Positions 50,115 to 59,894 of a DNA stretch of 64,000 bases are shown in pieces; position 1 is the stretch's first letter; each line of letters opens with the position of its first letter. This DNA comes from an uncultured virus (IMG/VR IMGVR_UViG_3300048549_001676). Its lineage: Duplodnaviria; Heunggongvirae; Uroviricota; Caudoviricetes. Both the position numbers and the translations under genes were made by a program. The stretch lies in the IMG/VR virus record IMGVR_UViG_3300048549_001676; one strand, given 5' to 3'. The notes beneath the pieces are model-generated. The model was given only the letters and a program-made list of their open reading frames with translations, was not told the DNA's origin and did not search any database.

Positions 50115-51562
50115 TCTTTACTCTCCAAAAATGCTTCATGCATTCTTCCTATCATTACATCCTCAACTGCGAACGGATGAAATCCTTTCTCGTTTTTTAC
50201 ATCATGTTGTTGCACAATAGTTTTACACATTTCCGATGTTGCAATAAACTTTGCAAATTCATAATTTATACGGTAGCACTTTCCACAATAATACCATGTT
50301 CCGTCTTTCAACCAATATGGAATATCAAGCATTGTTTCAATTCCCTTTTGCTTTGACCATGCATTAAAGTCTCTAATTAAAAACTCTCTACCGTTAGAAC
50401 CAACATAAGGAACAAACTTTCTTTTATATATTGATCGTTCTACTCTATCAATACCACAAATCTTTTTACGAGTTCTCTCTCCTACATGATTATATGTTAA
50501 AAAGTTACAATCAAGTTTTACCAATCTATTAAAACGAAGATTTTGTATGCACCACTGAATCATTTCGTAAGTTTTTATATGAAGTTTATCGTATCGTTCG
50601 TCTCCATATAAATGTAGTTGTGCGTCATGAAACTTTGTTTCATCAGAACCTCTATAATATTCAAGAATTCCTATACTATTATTTTCTTTTAATTTTTTAT
50701 AGAAATCAGAGTTTTTAAGATGTTCAAGATGTTCTTTATCCTTTTCACAGGTATTAATACAAATCAATGTATCACAATCTGTTGTCGATCCTGTGGTTTT
50801 TATATCTGTTACAATTTCAATTTCACTTTCTTCCCGTTCATCTTTTAACACAACTTCAATATCATCTTCGTTGACCAAATCGTCTACGATATTTTTACAT
50901 TCCAATACATCAAGAATTGGTGTTCTTGGTGTTGATATTGTTTTTCGTTCTCCAAATTTGTAATCGTATCTATCAATATCCTTTTTATGCAAATCACGTA
51001 CCTGTTCAATTACTTTATCGGAATATAAATGAGCATAATCTCTAAATGGTTTTTCTTTAATGTTAGTTTCAATTCCAATTACATCTAAAATATATTTAAA
51101 ATCTTCCGCAAGATTTTCAAACTTGCCAACAAAATCAAGTTCTTCATCAATCATATTTTCATATATCGCATTTTTTGTATGAGTTGGTTTTATCAAGTTA
51201 TCAGCATCTTCAAATCTGTAATCAAATTCAAGTGTTACTTCGCCTTTTTGAAATCTTTCAATGTATCCTGAAATGTCAAGTTCTCCGTTTTTAATTTTTA
51301 CATCCATCATTCCGTGCTTCGCAAGTGAAACCATCCTAGACCAAGGATTTCTAACAAATGAAAACTTAAAATAGTCATCCCAATACTCTGCATATTCTTT
51401 TTTTGCCTGACTTGCAATTAAATGCTTTCTTTTTCTAAACCATGTACGTGGTTTACTATCTTGTAGTTTCCACCAATCTCTACCAGTAATTACACGTTCT
51501 ACCCACGTACCCGCAGTACTTGGTAAGTGAACGAAGATACATTTATATTCGTGACTAATCAT
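50111..51562 (-). CDS. sulfotransferase-like domain fused to a GT31-like galactosyltransferase domain
   Basis: MISHEYKCIFVHLPSTAGT, VRNPWSRMVS, DFVGKFENL; C-terminal YDKLHIKT, LVKLDC, GKCY, EDVMIG. Confidence 0.78.
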   Translation of the reverse strand: MISHEYKCIFVHLPSTAGTWVERVITGRDWWKLQDSKPRTWFRKRKHLIASQAKKEYAEYWDDYFKFSFVRNPWSRMVSLAKHGMMDVKIKNGELDISGYIERFQKGEVTLEFDYRFEDADNLIKPTHTKNAIYENMIDEELDFVGKFENLAEDFKYILDVIGIETNIKEKPFRDYAHLYSDKVIEQVRDLHKKDIDRYDYKFGERKTISTPRTPILDVLECKNIVDDLVNEDDIEVVLKDEREESEIEIVTDIKTTGSTTDCDTLICINTCEKDKEHLEHLKNSDFYKKLKENNSIGILEYYRGSDETKFHDAQLHLYGDERYDKLHIKTYEMIQWCIQNLRFNRLVKLDCNFLTYNHVGERTRKKICGIDRVERSIYKRKFVPYVGSNGREFLIRDFNAWSKQKGIETMLDIPYWLKDGTWYYCGKCYRINYEFAKFIATSEMCKTIVQQHDVKNEKGFHPFAVEDVMIGRMHEAFLESKE

Positions 51563-52298
51563 AAATCCAAAATCCTTTCTTCTTAAGTTGAGTTTCGCAA
51601 TCAGCATTTTTTCTCATATGAGGATGATACACATAACAATAATCAGTTACATAACCATATCTTTCTATGATACTATTTCCTAATACTTTTGCGTTAAATG
51701 AATTTGAACGAAGTTCTGAACTTTCATCAATTAGTTCCACAATATTTTCTTTTGAAATACGTGAACACATATACCGATTGATTTGATCTTGATCATCAAA
51801 CTCTTTATTTTCATCCAGTATGCTGATAAACATTGCTTGTATTGATGCAGTTGGTGTTAAATACATCCATCCCGGACAAACACAAAATCCCCATTTTTCG
51901 TGTACTTCTTTTGGATATCCTCCCAAATCTCTTGAAAATACCGCATCGTAATTTTTGGAAATCAAATGAAATGGATTTTTCAACCAAGCAGTATCCAAGT
52001 CAGAATGAATAATTCTGCAACCACAATTTAAAAATCTTGATAATTGCTCGGTTCTCCACCTCCATCCTTTTTTTGATTGTCGTGGTAAAGTTCCACGAAT
52101 ATAAATTGTGTTGATGTTGTTATCTAATAAAAATTTTTCGGTTTCACGATCTGCCGAAACAATTACATAATTTTCTATGTTTAATTTTTTTAGGTATGCT
52201 ACCCAATTTAATGCAATTCGTTTGTATAATTTGTTACAAAACGATACAACGAGCAATTCATTTTTTGCATATTTATTTACTTCTTCTTTTAACACCAT
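51555..52298 (-). CDS. nucleotide-diphospho-sugar transferase (GT77-like)
   Basis: LNWV, IHSDLDTAWLKNP, VCPGW, DDQDQIN. Confidence 0.8.
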   Translation of the reverse strand: MVLKEEVNKYAKNELLVVSFCNKLYKRIALNWVAYLKKLNIENYVIVSADRETEKFLLDNNINTIYIRGTLPRQSKKGWRWRTEQLSRFLNCGCRIIHSDLDTAWLKNPFHLISKNYDAVFSRDLGGYPKEVHEKWGFCVCPGWMYLTPTASIQAMFISILDENKEFDDQDQINRYMCSRISKENIVELIDESSELRSNSFNAKVLGNSIIERYGYVTDYCYVYHPHMRKNADCETQLKKKGFWIYD

Positions 52299-52358
52299 AT
52301 TTTCTCCTTATAATAAATATACAAATAGAAAGAATATGATTAACAAACTTTACATATA

Positions 52359-53633
52359 TTACTTAATGAACCAGTGGTCATTTTTTTGCATTTCTTCTAC
52401 TTTATCCCAACCATTACCAATTCCGTTGTAGTGAATCATAGTTGGACTGAAATTTTCTTTTTTTCTAAAATATTCGTAACTACAAAACTCTTTTTCAGAC
52501 AATTCTTTTACTTTAATTGTTAAATCTTGAGATAGTTTTTCGTTCAGATATTCGTTCTCGGTTTTTTTGCTAGAACCAAAGTTAAATAATTCCAACATTT
52601 TCTTGGTTGGATTTACGCAATAAAATCCTGTATCAAATGAACCATCTGATTTACGTGGAATAATTATATCATAATCTATATAATCAGAAACTATCAAGTC
52701 CCAAGGATTCTTTAAATAAACCACATCCAAATCAGAAATTATACAAGTTTTTCCATTTGAAATAAAATCAAATACTTTTGAAAGTTTTTCACGTGTTACC
52801 TTTTTAAATAAATTTGGATTTGAATTTCTATCAATTGGTTTTTGACCCAAATCAATGATATTCATAAATCCCTCGGATGCAATCATTCCTGTTTTATCCA
52901 ACGATGCAACAATATTTCTTGATAAAACTCTTTGCGAACGGTCTCGTCTGTTTGCAACTGCCACAAATTCTATTTTCATTTTAAATTTGTCTACAATCGG
53001 TTCAACTAATTTTCTCCACATAATTGCGGAATATTGTTTGCGTGTTTGTATATTTTCGTCTTCTTGAATAACGAATCTTGGATGAGTTGCATACGCATCA
53101 AATGCAAGACCAAACTTTCTTCCTCGTTTATATACTTGATCAATTGCTATTTTATTTTCCATCAATTTATCAGCAACTTCTTTACAATGCTTTCCATTGA
53201 TTGCATATGCGTGTGCCTGGCACATAGAAGCATTAACAAGATGCTCATTTTTTACACCAAATACATTATGGGGAATTCCTCCCATATAAAACAACTTCCA
53301 ATCTAAATCGTTTAAAGATTTAATGGACCTTGACATTTTTTCCAAGTCAGTATCAATAAAATGTATATCACTTTCAAAAATAAAAACATTTTTAAGATTT
53401 TGTTTGTGTGCATCTGAAATTATTTTCCAATGACAATAATCAGTTTTGCTCCATTCTGATATATCACCGAATGTCTCTTTTAACCAACCAGAATCAATGA
53501 CCTCGTCAAATCTTTCAACTCTATCAAGAATTCCAATGCGTTCAAATTCTTTTTGAACTTTAATCCATCTTTCTGGTTCGTGTTGACCACAAATACAAAT
53601 AATCTTTTCAAAATAATCAAATGGATTTTTCAT
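52359..53633 (-). CDS. GT25-like domain fused to a GT77-like domain
   Basis: NPFDYFEKIICI, FIFESD, AHAYAIN; C-terminal ISDLDVVYLKNP, DTGFY, IHYN. Confidence 0.78.
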   Translation of the reverse strand: MKNPFDYFEKIICICGQHEPERWIKVQKEFERIGILDRVERFDEVIDSGWLKETFGDISEWSKTDYCHWKIISDAHKQNLKNVFIFESDIHFIDTDLEKMSRSIKSLNDLDWKLFYMGGIPHNVFGVKNEHLVNASMCQAHAYAINGKHCKEVADKLMENKIAIDQVYKRGRKFGLAFDAYATHPRFVIQEDENIQTRKQYSAIMWRKLVEPIVDKFKMKIEFVAVANRRDRSQRVLSRNIVASLDKTGMIASEGFMNIIDLGQKPIDRNSNPNLFKKVTREKLSKVFDFISNGKTCIISDLDVVYLKNPWDLIVSDYIDYDIIIPRKSDGSFDTGFYCVNPTKKMLELFNFGSSKKTENEYLNEKLSQDLTIKVKELSEKEFCSYEYFRKKENFSPTMIHYNGIGNGWDKVEEMQKNDHWFIK

Positions 53634-54298
53634 TGAATATCAGTTCCAAGAGTATCATTCTGAGTTACTATCTCTGGTTTTACAAAATACTTCATAATCT
53701 TCCTGTTGCTTGCGTAGTATTTGTCCACATGACCTTCACGACCACACACTCTGTGGTTAAATGGGTCAATATTTTTAATTAGATAATCAAATATAGTTGA
53801 GTTGTATGCAAGTGCAGTTGTAAGTTGTATACCACGATGTTTTTTTGCAACAACCCGAGATAAGTGGTCACCGTGCTTTATTTCCATTCTGCTTGCCACT
53901 CGGTGTAAATGATATCCTAAATAAAAGTTGTGCCATCTGTGATTTTGAAGTTCTGATATTGAGTTTGATAAGTTTTCTCTCCAGTTTTCAAGTACCACAA
54001 AGTCATCTTCAAAAACCATAACATTTTTTAGATTTTGTTCTTTTGCTAGTGATATAATTGCCTTATGACTTTCTGCACAACCCACCGCACCTCTTAAGGG
54101 ATATGCATATTTACCTTTTCCCCACGGAACAGAACGGTTCCATCTTTCATCGTGTGTTGGTTTAATCGCAGAAAATCTTTTTACTCTATCATAAATTCCA
54201 AGAATCTTAAACTGCTCACGGGAATGTTCCCAACGATCAGTTCGTTCGTCCAAATTGATACAATAAATTTCATCAAAAAAATCAAATGGATTATTCAT
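53630..54298 (-). CDS. GT25 glycosyltransferase
   Basis: YCINLDERTDRW, GAVGCAESH, VFEDD, FYLG. Confidence 0.88.
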   Translation of the reverse strand: MNNPFDFFDEIYCINLDERTDRWEHSREQFKILGIYDRVKRFSAIKPTHDERWNRSVPWGKGKYAYPLRGAVGCAESHKAIISLAKEQNLKNVMVFEDDFVVLENWRENLSNSISELQNHRWHNFYLGYHLHRVASRMEIKHGDHLSRVVAKKHRGIQLTTALAYNSTIFDYLIKNIDPFNHRVCGREGHVDKYYASNRKIMKYFVKPEIVTQNDTLGTDIQ

Positions 54299-54990
54299 TT
54301 CGTTCCTTGTATATCACTAAAAAATTGTCTATCCTGTTGAAAGCAACTTGGGTTTGTGAGATATTTATTTATTTTTGCATTTCGTCTGTAATAAAAATCT
54401 GCAAAACCTCTAGCACCGAATTTGTGGCGGTGAAATGGATTCATATCACTTATTATATAATCAAAAATGTTGGAATTAACAGCATATGCGTGTGCGTGGC
54501 ATACTCCCCTCTGTGGAGAATGACCAAAATGATCCAATAAGCAATCACCACAATCTCGTATCAATCGTTTTTTTCCATACACGAAATCCCAACCAAGAAA
54601 AAATATGTTCCAATCAAAATTTTTCAATTCATTAATTGCACAGATAAGATTTTCTTTCCAGTTATTCACTATATAAAAATCATCTTCAAACACCATGACA
54701 TTACTTAGATTTTGTTTTTTTGCCAACTTAATAACTTCACGATGACTTAACGAACCACCAACTGCACCCGGAACTGGAAATCTATAATTTGGTTTTCGGT
54801 ATCCACCAAAATGCAAATCTGCTAATTTATTTCTAGTTTCAATATCGGCACATTTTACAGCAGAAAATCTTTTTACTCTATTTGCAATTCCTAAGATCTC
54901 AAATTGCTCCACGCAATGATTCCACCTATCTGTTCTTTCATCAAGGTTTATGCAGTAAATTTCATCAAAAAAATCAAATGGATTATTCAT
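54295..54990 (-). CDS. GT25 glycosyltransferase
   Basis: YCINLDERTDRW, GAVGGSLSH, VFEDD, AHAYAVN. Confidence 0.88.
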   Translation of the reverse strand: MNNPFDFFDEIYCINLDERTDRWNHCVEQFEILGIANRVKRFSAVKCADIETRNKLADLHFGGYRKPNYRFPVPGAVGGSLSHREVIKLAKKQNLSNVMVFEDDFYIVNNWKENLICAINELKNFDWNIFFLGWDFVYGKKRLIRDCGDCLLDHFGHSPQRGVCHAHAYAVNSNIFDYIISDMNPFHRHKFGARGFADFYYRRNAKINKYLTNPSCFQQDRQFFSDIQGTK

Positions 54991-55609
54991 CGTTCATGTT
55001 ATCTAAAATAAATTTTGCAACATTTTTACCTAAAAGTTCACGACCTACTTCATTAAAGTGGCAATTATTTTCAGACCTTGGATGCATATATAACCGAGGG
55101 TAATCTTCCTGTGCTTTTACGAATGAATATAAATCATTTGAAGGAACTTCCATTTCATCTGTTATTTTTTTTGCAATTTCATTAAGAATTACTACATCAA
55201 GATCATTTCTCATTCCAGCATTTTTTGGATTTGGGGTTGTATTAGAAAATATTGGTTTTACTTGAAGTTTTCGTATAAATTCAATTTCTTCACGAAGTTC
55301 TTTTTCGTATACCTCAAAGTCTTCATCAGTTGCTCTTTGGTGATCAGGGTCATGGCCTTTATTTGGTAGTTTAATACTATGCAATCCAAAATTGAAATGA
55401 ACCATTTCTGCCTTAATTTTGCGACCTCCATATCTGCGTTTCTTTTCAAGTGCTTTGTCAAGGAATCTAAGTTGCTTCCATTGACAAGAAACCCACTTAT
55501 CCGATTCAACTGCTTCTATTTCATGCTTTGCAAGTTCTTCCTTTGTGTAAGGAAAATAATGTCTTGCTATTGAATCACCAATTACTATTACTTTATTATC
55601 AAATTCCAT
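54983..55609 (-). CDS. SGNH/GDSL hydrolase (O-acetyl esterase/transferase-like)
   Basis: VIGDSI, HFNFGLH, NTTP, N...NDLY, NCHF. Confidence 0.8.
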   Translation of the reverse strand: MEFDNKVIVIGDSIARHYFPYTKEELAKHEIEAVESDKWVSCQWKQLRFLDKALEKKRRYGGRKIKAEMVHFNFGLHSIKLPNKGHDPDHQRATDEDFEVYEKELREEIEFIRKLQVKPIFSNTTPNPKNAGMRNDLDVVILNEIAKKITDEMEVPSNDLYSFVKAQEDYPRLYMHPRSENNCHFNEVGRELLGKNVAKFILDNMNDE

Positions 55610-55653
55610 TTTTTATCTCCATATTTGTTGTTATATTATAAATATAATATAAA

Positions 55654-56340
55654 TTATTTATTATCATTTGGATTTAATCTTAAAGCACGATTTGTACGTG
55701 TTCTCGATAAATCACTTACTGAATTATATTGTGTTGTAAATGTTGGCACACACGCATAAGTTTTTGGTTTCAAAACATCCTGATAATATCTGTCAAGATG
55801 ACTATCGTGTTTTTCCACCAATAAATCCCAAATGTTATTGTCATAGTCTGTTGCCACTCTTTCAAAAATAGTGGAGTTAACCGCAAACGATTGAGCCCAT
55901 CCAACTTTTCTACATTCCATTATATAATCAAATTCAGAATTATAGTCACCACTCCATTTGTTTCTTAAATGATTATATTTTGGTCGTGGGTTCATTCTTC
56001 GTTCAAGGCCACCAAGGTAAAAGAATTCCCAATCGGTTTTATTTAAATTTTCAATTGCTTTATTTAACTTTTTATCATCGTATCTTTTCAGAAATGCTAC
56101 ATCATCTTCAAATATCAATACATTTTTAAGTTTTCGTTCATACGCAAGTTTAATGACACTTAAATGACTATCATAGCAACCCTTCTTGGGATTTTCTTTG
56201 TTATCAAACGCATTGAATTTAATTACTCTGTTCGATATTCCAATTTTATCAAATTCAGATTGACACTGTTTCCATCTATCTGCTCTTCTTTCAAGATTGA
56301 TGCAATATATTTCATCAAAAAAATCAAATGGTGATTTCAT
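55654..56340 (-). CDS. GT25 glycosyltransferase
   Basis: YCINLERRADRW, GCYDSH, IFEDD, FFYLG. Confidence 0.88.
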   Translation of the reverse strand: MKSPFDFFDEIYCINLERRADRWKQCQSEFDKIGISNRVIKFNAFDNKENPKKGCYDSHLSVIKLAYERKLKNVLIFEDDVAFLKRYDDKKLNKAIENLNKTDWEFFYLGGLERRMNPRPKYNHLRNKWSGDYNSEFDYIMECRKVGWAQSFAVNSTIFERVATDYDNNIWDLLVEKHDSHLDRYYQDVLKPKTYACVPTFTTQYNSVSDLSRTRTNRALRLNPNDNK

Positions 56341-57074
56341 TACCAATTCCTACCACCTTCTATTTTTAGATCACTAATTGCTCCATAATCAGTACCAGTA
56401 TTCACTATGTATCTTTTTTCTTTACGATTTTGCCTCGCAAGTTCTCTGTTTCTAAGATTTGAACGTTTTGGACGATGAAATGAACTTTCATGTTCAATAA
56501 AGTTTGAATCGTGTTTTTCAAATTTAACATCTTTTAAATTGAGATGTAACTGAATTCTTTGTTTAAAATCTCGTTCTTCCCAACCCCAACCTTGAAATGT
56601 TTCGTCATAACCACGCACTTCCAAGAAATATTTTTTCATAATTGCAATTCTACCCCAATTAGAAGACGCAGGATTCCCTTTGTTTACTCGTCTAATATTA
56701 TTCAATATTATGTTTTCATTTTCATTGAACTTTTCATTTAGATATTCAGCATAATTTTCTGATATAAAATTATCTCCATCAACCCAACAAACAATTTCAC
56801 CGGATGCATTTTTTGCAGTAACATTTTTTGTTCTTGCCATTTCAAAGTGTGGTGCTTGTTTCGTGTGAAGATATTTTACTACACCGTCATCAATATACCC
56901 TTTTAAATTCTGCTGAACCCACTCGTTCATTCCGTCTTGTGAATTCCAATTCAATAATACAAATTCAATGTCTCCATAATCAATATTATTTTCTAAGTTT
57001 GAAATAAATGTCTCTTTAATGTGGTGAAGTCGTTTGGTACACGACGTGCAAAATGATATTTTATATTTTTTCAT
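56340..57074 (-). CDS. GT2/GT7-like glycosyltransferase (paralog of 21736-22473)
   Basis: ISFCTSC, EFVLLNWNSQDG, KN, WVDGDN, GYDE.FQGWGWEE.DF. Confidence 0.85.
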   Translation of the reverse strand: MKKYKISFCTSCTKRLHHIKETFISNLENNIDYGDIEFVLLNWNSQDGMNEWVQQNLKGYIDDGVVKYLHTKQAPHFEMARTKNVTAKNASGEIVCWVDGDNFISENYAEYLNEKFNENENIILNNIRRVNKGNPASSNWGRIAIMKKYFLEVRGYDETFQGWGWEERDFKQRIQLHLNLKDVKFEKHDSNFIEHESSFHRPKRSNLRNRELARQNRKEKRYIVNTGTDYGAISDLKIEGGRNW

Positions 57075-57075
57075 A

Positions 57076-57786
57076 TCAACTCCACTCGGCTCCCCAATAT
57101 GTACCAGCAAATGCTTCTGGAAATTCTTTTCTTCTATCTTCTAAATTCATTTTTTTTACTATGTTGTGTTTATACACAACGCCACGACGTTTTCTCCAGT
57201 TCATTGGATATAAATATTTAGAAGGTACGCAAGAAATTTCACTTTGAAATTTATATGTGTCAAATGCTTCTTTAAGTGCAACGGGTCCAGTGATATGTTC
57301 AACTGCCATTCTACCTATTTTTTTCGGAATGTCTTTTTCTACAATCATATTTAGCATATGAATCCAAAAGTTTGCTTTTGGTTTTGAAATCAACATTGAA
57401 TTTGGAAATGAATGCTTCCAATCCATTTTATTACCCAAACGACCAAGTATCACATCATTTTCATATTCCAACAATAACGGATCAATTGACTTATAGCATT
57501 CAAAATCCATATCAACATAGATGCCACCAAATTCATACATCAAAAGACAACGATAAAAGTCTGAACGAAGTGCGAATTTTATGTTTCGTTTTCCCCACAA
57601 CTTTTCAAATATTTCTAAATACTCAGGATACTTTTGAAATACCTCATCTGCATCTTTTTCCGTGTGAACTTTGTACTCGTACTCGGGATTCAGTTCAGAC
57701 CAAGAATCTATCCACTCCGGATTATACAAAGTTCTATAATCTCTGCCACCGAACCATATTTGGTGTATTTTTTTTGGTATTTTCAT
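57076..57786 (-). CDS. GT32 / Och1-like DxD glycosyltransferase
   Basis: IPKKIHQIWFG, SW..LNP, SDFYR...YEFGGIYVDMD, TGP. Confidence 0.9.
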   Translation of the reverse strand: MKIPKKIHQIWFGGRDYRTLYNPEWIDSWSELNPEYEYKVHTEKDADEVFQKYPEYLEIFEKLWGKRNIKFALRSDFYRCLLMYEFGGIYVDMDFECYKSIDPLLLEYENDVILGRLGNKMDWKHSFPNSMLISKPKANFWIHMLNMIVEKDIPKKIGRMAVEHITGPVALKEAFDTYKFQSEISCVPSKYLYPMNWRKRRGVVYKHNIVKKMNLEDRRKEFPEAFAGTYWGAEWS

Positions 57787-58484
57787 CTATATGTATAATC
57801 CATTATGTGTACATCATCATTCATGCACTTTTCTATTATATATGAAAAGTTACTACAACCTTTTACAAAATATTTGCTATTTGCCATATAACACAAATCA
57901 AGGTCAGTTTCTTCATTAGAAATTAAATTCAATTCAAATCCTCTTTGGTTTATTCTTTCTTCAAAATTTTTTAAAAAAGACAGATTTTGATTATATGATA
58001 ATTTGTTAAAAAAATGCTTTCCATTTGTTTCATTTGCTCCATAATGAAGTGCAGTTACAATCGTTATTTTGTTAAGTGTATCAGGATTTGAATTTAGAAT
58101 ATTATCGTTTTCAAAAAGTCTGTCCACACTTTTTTTTAATCTTTTGACTCTAAGTTTTTCGTATTTACTTTTCTGAAAAATATCTCCAAGTCGGAGATGG
58201 ATTACCAATTCATTCTCTTCAGGAATTTCGCATTTGTATTCTTGTGTGTGTTCTTGTACAATTTTTTTTAGCAACTCAAAATCTGGTTCCGAATCGCCAT
58301 GTAGTTGTGTAAGATACTTGCACAATATTGTGTTCTTAAACTCTTCATTATTTTTGACAACTTCTCTATCCGATTCCCAACGACCACCACCGTCCTTGAA
58401 AATCAAATCACCAAAACGATAAAATTTATTTTCCTTCAAAACCTTTAGTTGACTTTCAAAATCAAGTTTTTCCATAAAACGCAT
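57783..58484 (-). CDS. GT11/fucosyltransferase-like fold protein
   Basis: VIHLRLGD, D.DLCYM..S..FV...SNFS. Confidence 0.6.
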   Translation of the reverse strand: MRFMEKLDFESQLKVLKENKFYRFGDLIFKDGGGRWESDREVVKNNEEFKNTILCKYLTQLHGDSEPDFELLKKIVQEHTQEYKCEIPEENELVIHLRLGDIFQKSKYEKLRVKRLKKSVDRLFENDNILNSNPDTLNKITIVTALHYGANETNGKHFFNKLSYNQNLSFLKNFEERINQRGFELNLISNEETDLDLCYMANSKYFVKGCSNFSYIIEKCMNDDVHIMDYTYR

Positions 58485-59121
58485 CCCTTAAATCTAAACC
58501 CTTACTTTTTGTAAAATACTCAAACATTAATGCTGGCATTAAATCTTCCATTGCTTGTGTAAAAAAATCATTCGGTAGTTTTTCTTTGGCATTCTCTGAT
58601 ATGTATTTTGAAAATTCTTTTGATACACCATATAATTTACCATGATAAAATCTTAATGTATGCCTTCTTTTAATAATGTTGGTATTAACCTTGATTCCCT
58701 TGACCCTCGCCCATTCATTTAATTGCCATCTTTTCACGTGTTTGTTGCGAAGTCCAACATAATACCCTTCGTGTGGCAAATCAAAGTAGTCCGATACTTT
58801 ATCAAGTGGATGTTCCTTCGCGTGTATTGTATCTGCCGTTATAGTTGAATCTATTTTAAACAGATATGAAAAATCAAAGTTATCGTTAATAAATTTAAAC
58901 ATTTCAAGCATTTTAGTCGGCAAGTTCATATAAGATTCGTCACCTCTTATTTGTAATACATCTCCAATCAGTTCCGTATCTTCAAACCCACCATGTACCT
59001 CAATAACTTTGTATGCTTCGTTTGATTTCAATTTTGCATATAAATCTGTTTGTTTTAGTTTCTCCAAATAAACACTATCTCGTTTACAGGTATTAATGCA
59101 GATTATTTTTTCGTACTTCAT
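58462..59121 (-). CDS. GT31-like galactosyltransferase
   Basis: ESYMNLPTK, YLFKIDS, G..Y.VS, MEDL; paralog of the C-terminal domain of 50111-51562. Confidence 0.7.
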   Translation of the reverse strand: MKYEKIICINTCKRDSVYLEKLKQTDLYAKLKSNEAYKVIEVHGGFEDTELIGDVLQIRGDESYMNLPTKMLEMFKFINDNFDFSYLFKIDSTITADTIHAKEHPLDKVSDYFDLPHEGYYVGLRNKHVKRWQLNEWARVKGIKVNTNIIKRRHTLRFYHGKLYGVSKEFSKYISENAKEKLPNDFFTQAMEDLMPALMFEYFTKSKGLDLRDAFYGKT

Positions 59122-59122
59122 T

Positions 59123-59884
59123 TTATTTTTCAATTTTTAAATTATCTTTTTGTAAACCATTCAATGACTGAAAAATTTTACAATAATTATCAATTTGCAT
59201 TCTTGGATAATATTTTCTATATATTTGCTGAAATTGACCCTGATCAGTCTTATCTTTTAATAAACGTGTTGATATAATATCTGAAAAAATTTCTTTAAAA
59301 AAATCAACTTTGCAAATAAACAAACCAGAATTTAAATACATAAACGGAGTTTGATTTCTTATAATATTTTGGTGTTCTGGCCAACGCCAGTATATTGGAT
59401 TAGCCGATCCAGTGAGATGTCTTCCGGCCGGAAACACCTTATTCTCTGCATTAAATAACCAATCACACTCAAACTCATTTTCAAACCTTTCAACGATACG
59501 ATTTGGGTGTTCTGTAAAAAACACATCAACATCCCAACCAACGACATATTTTGTTGTAATTTGATTTAAATTTTCATGCAACAAATGTGGTTTTATCGTC
59601 CTGATTTCACCGTGCGAAGGTGGATCGAAGTTTTTTCCGATATTCAAATAACGCAAGTTAAATCTTTGAAGATTTTCGTCTAATGTACATATAAACTTGG
59701 ATTCGTCACCCCATTTTGCAAAACACAAAGTTACATCTTCTCTTAATTTTTCCGATGAATCCCAATTCCATGTGTTCATTGTTTCACCAGCAAACAAATT
59801 GTAACCGATCTTACATTTTTTAAACCCACCATTTAAGTGAAATGCAATTGGATATGAATTCGTTATATTGTTTTTTATTCTCAT
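59123..59884 (-). CDS. PLOD/LH3-type GT-A glycosyltransferase, circularly permuted
   Basis: WDVDV, LFNAE..FP, YLNSGLFI, TDQ, IDNYCKIFQSLNG; HLNG at the N-terminus; start set at MRIKNN. Confidence 0.7.
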   Translation of the reverse strand: MRIKNNITNSYPIAFHLNGGFKKCKIGYNLFAGETMNTWNWDSSEKLREDVTLCFAKWGDESKFICTLDENLQRFNLRYLNIGKNFDPPSHGEIRTIKPHLLHENLNQITTKYVVGWDVDVFFTEHPNRIVERFENEFECDWLFNAENKVFPAGRHLTGSANPIYWRWPEHQNIIRNQTPFMYLNSGLFICKVDFFKEIFSDIISTRLLKDKTDQGQFQQIYRKYYPRMQIDNYCKIFQSLNGLQKDNLKIEK

Positions 59885-59894
59885 GTTTCTTTCT

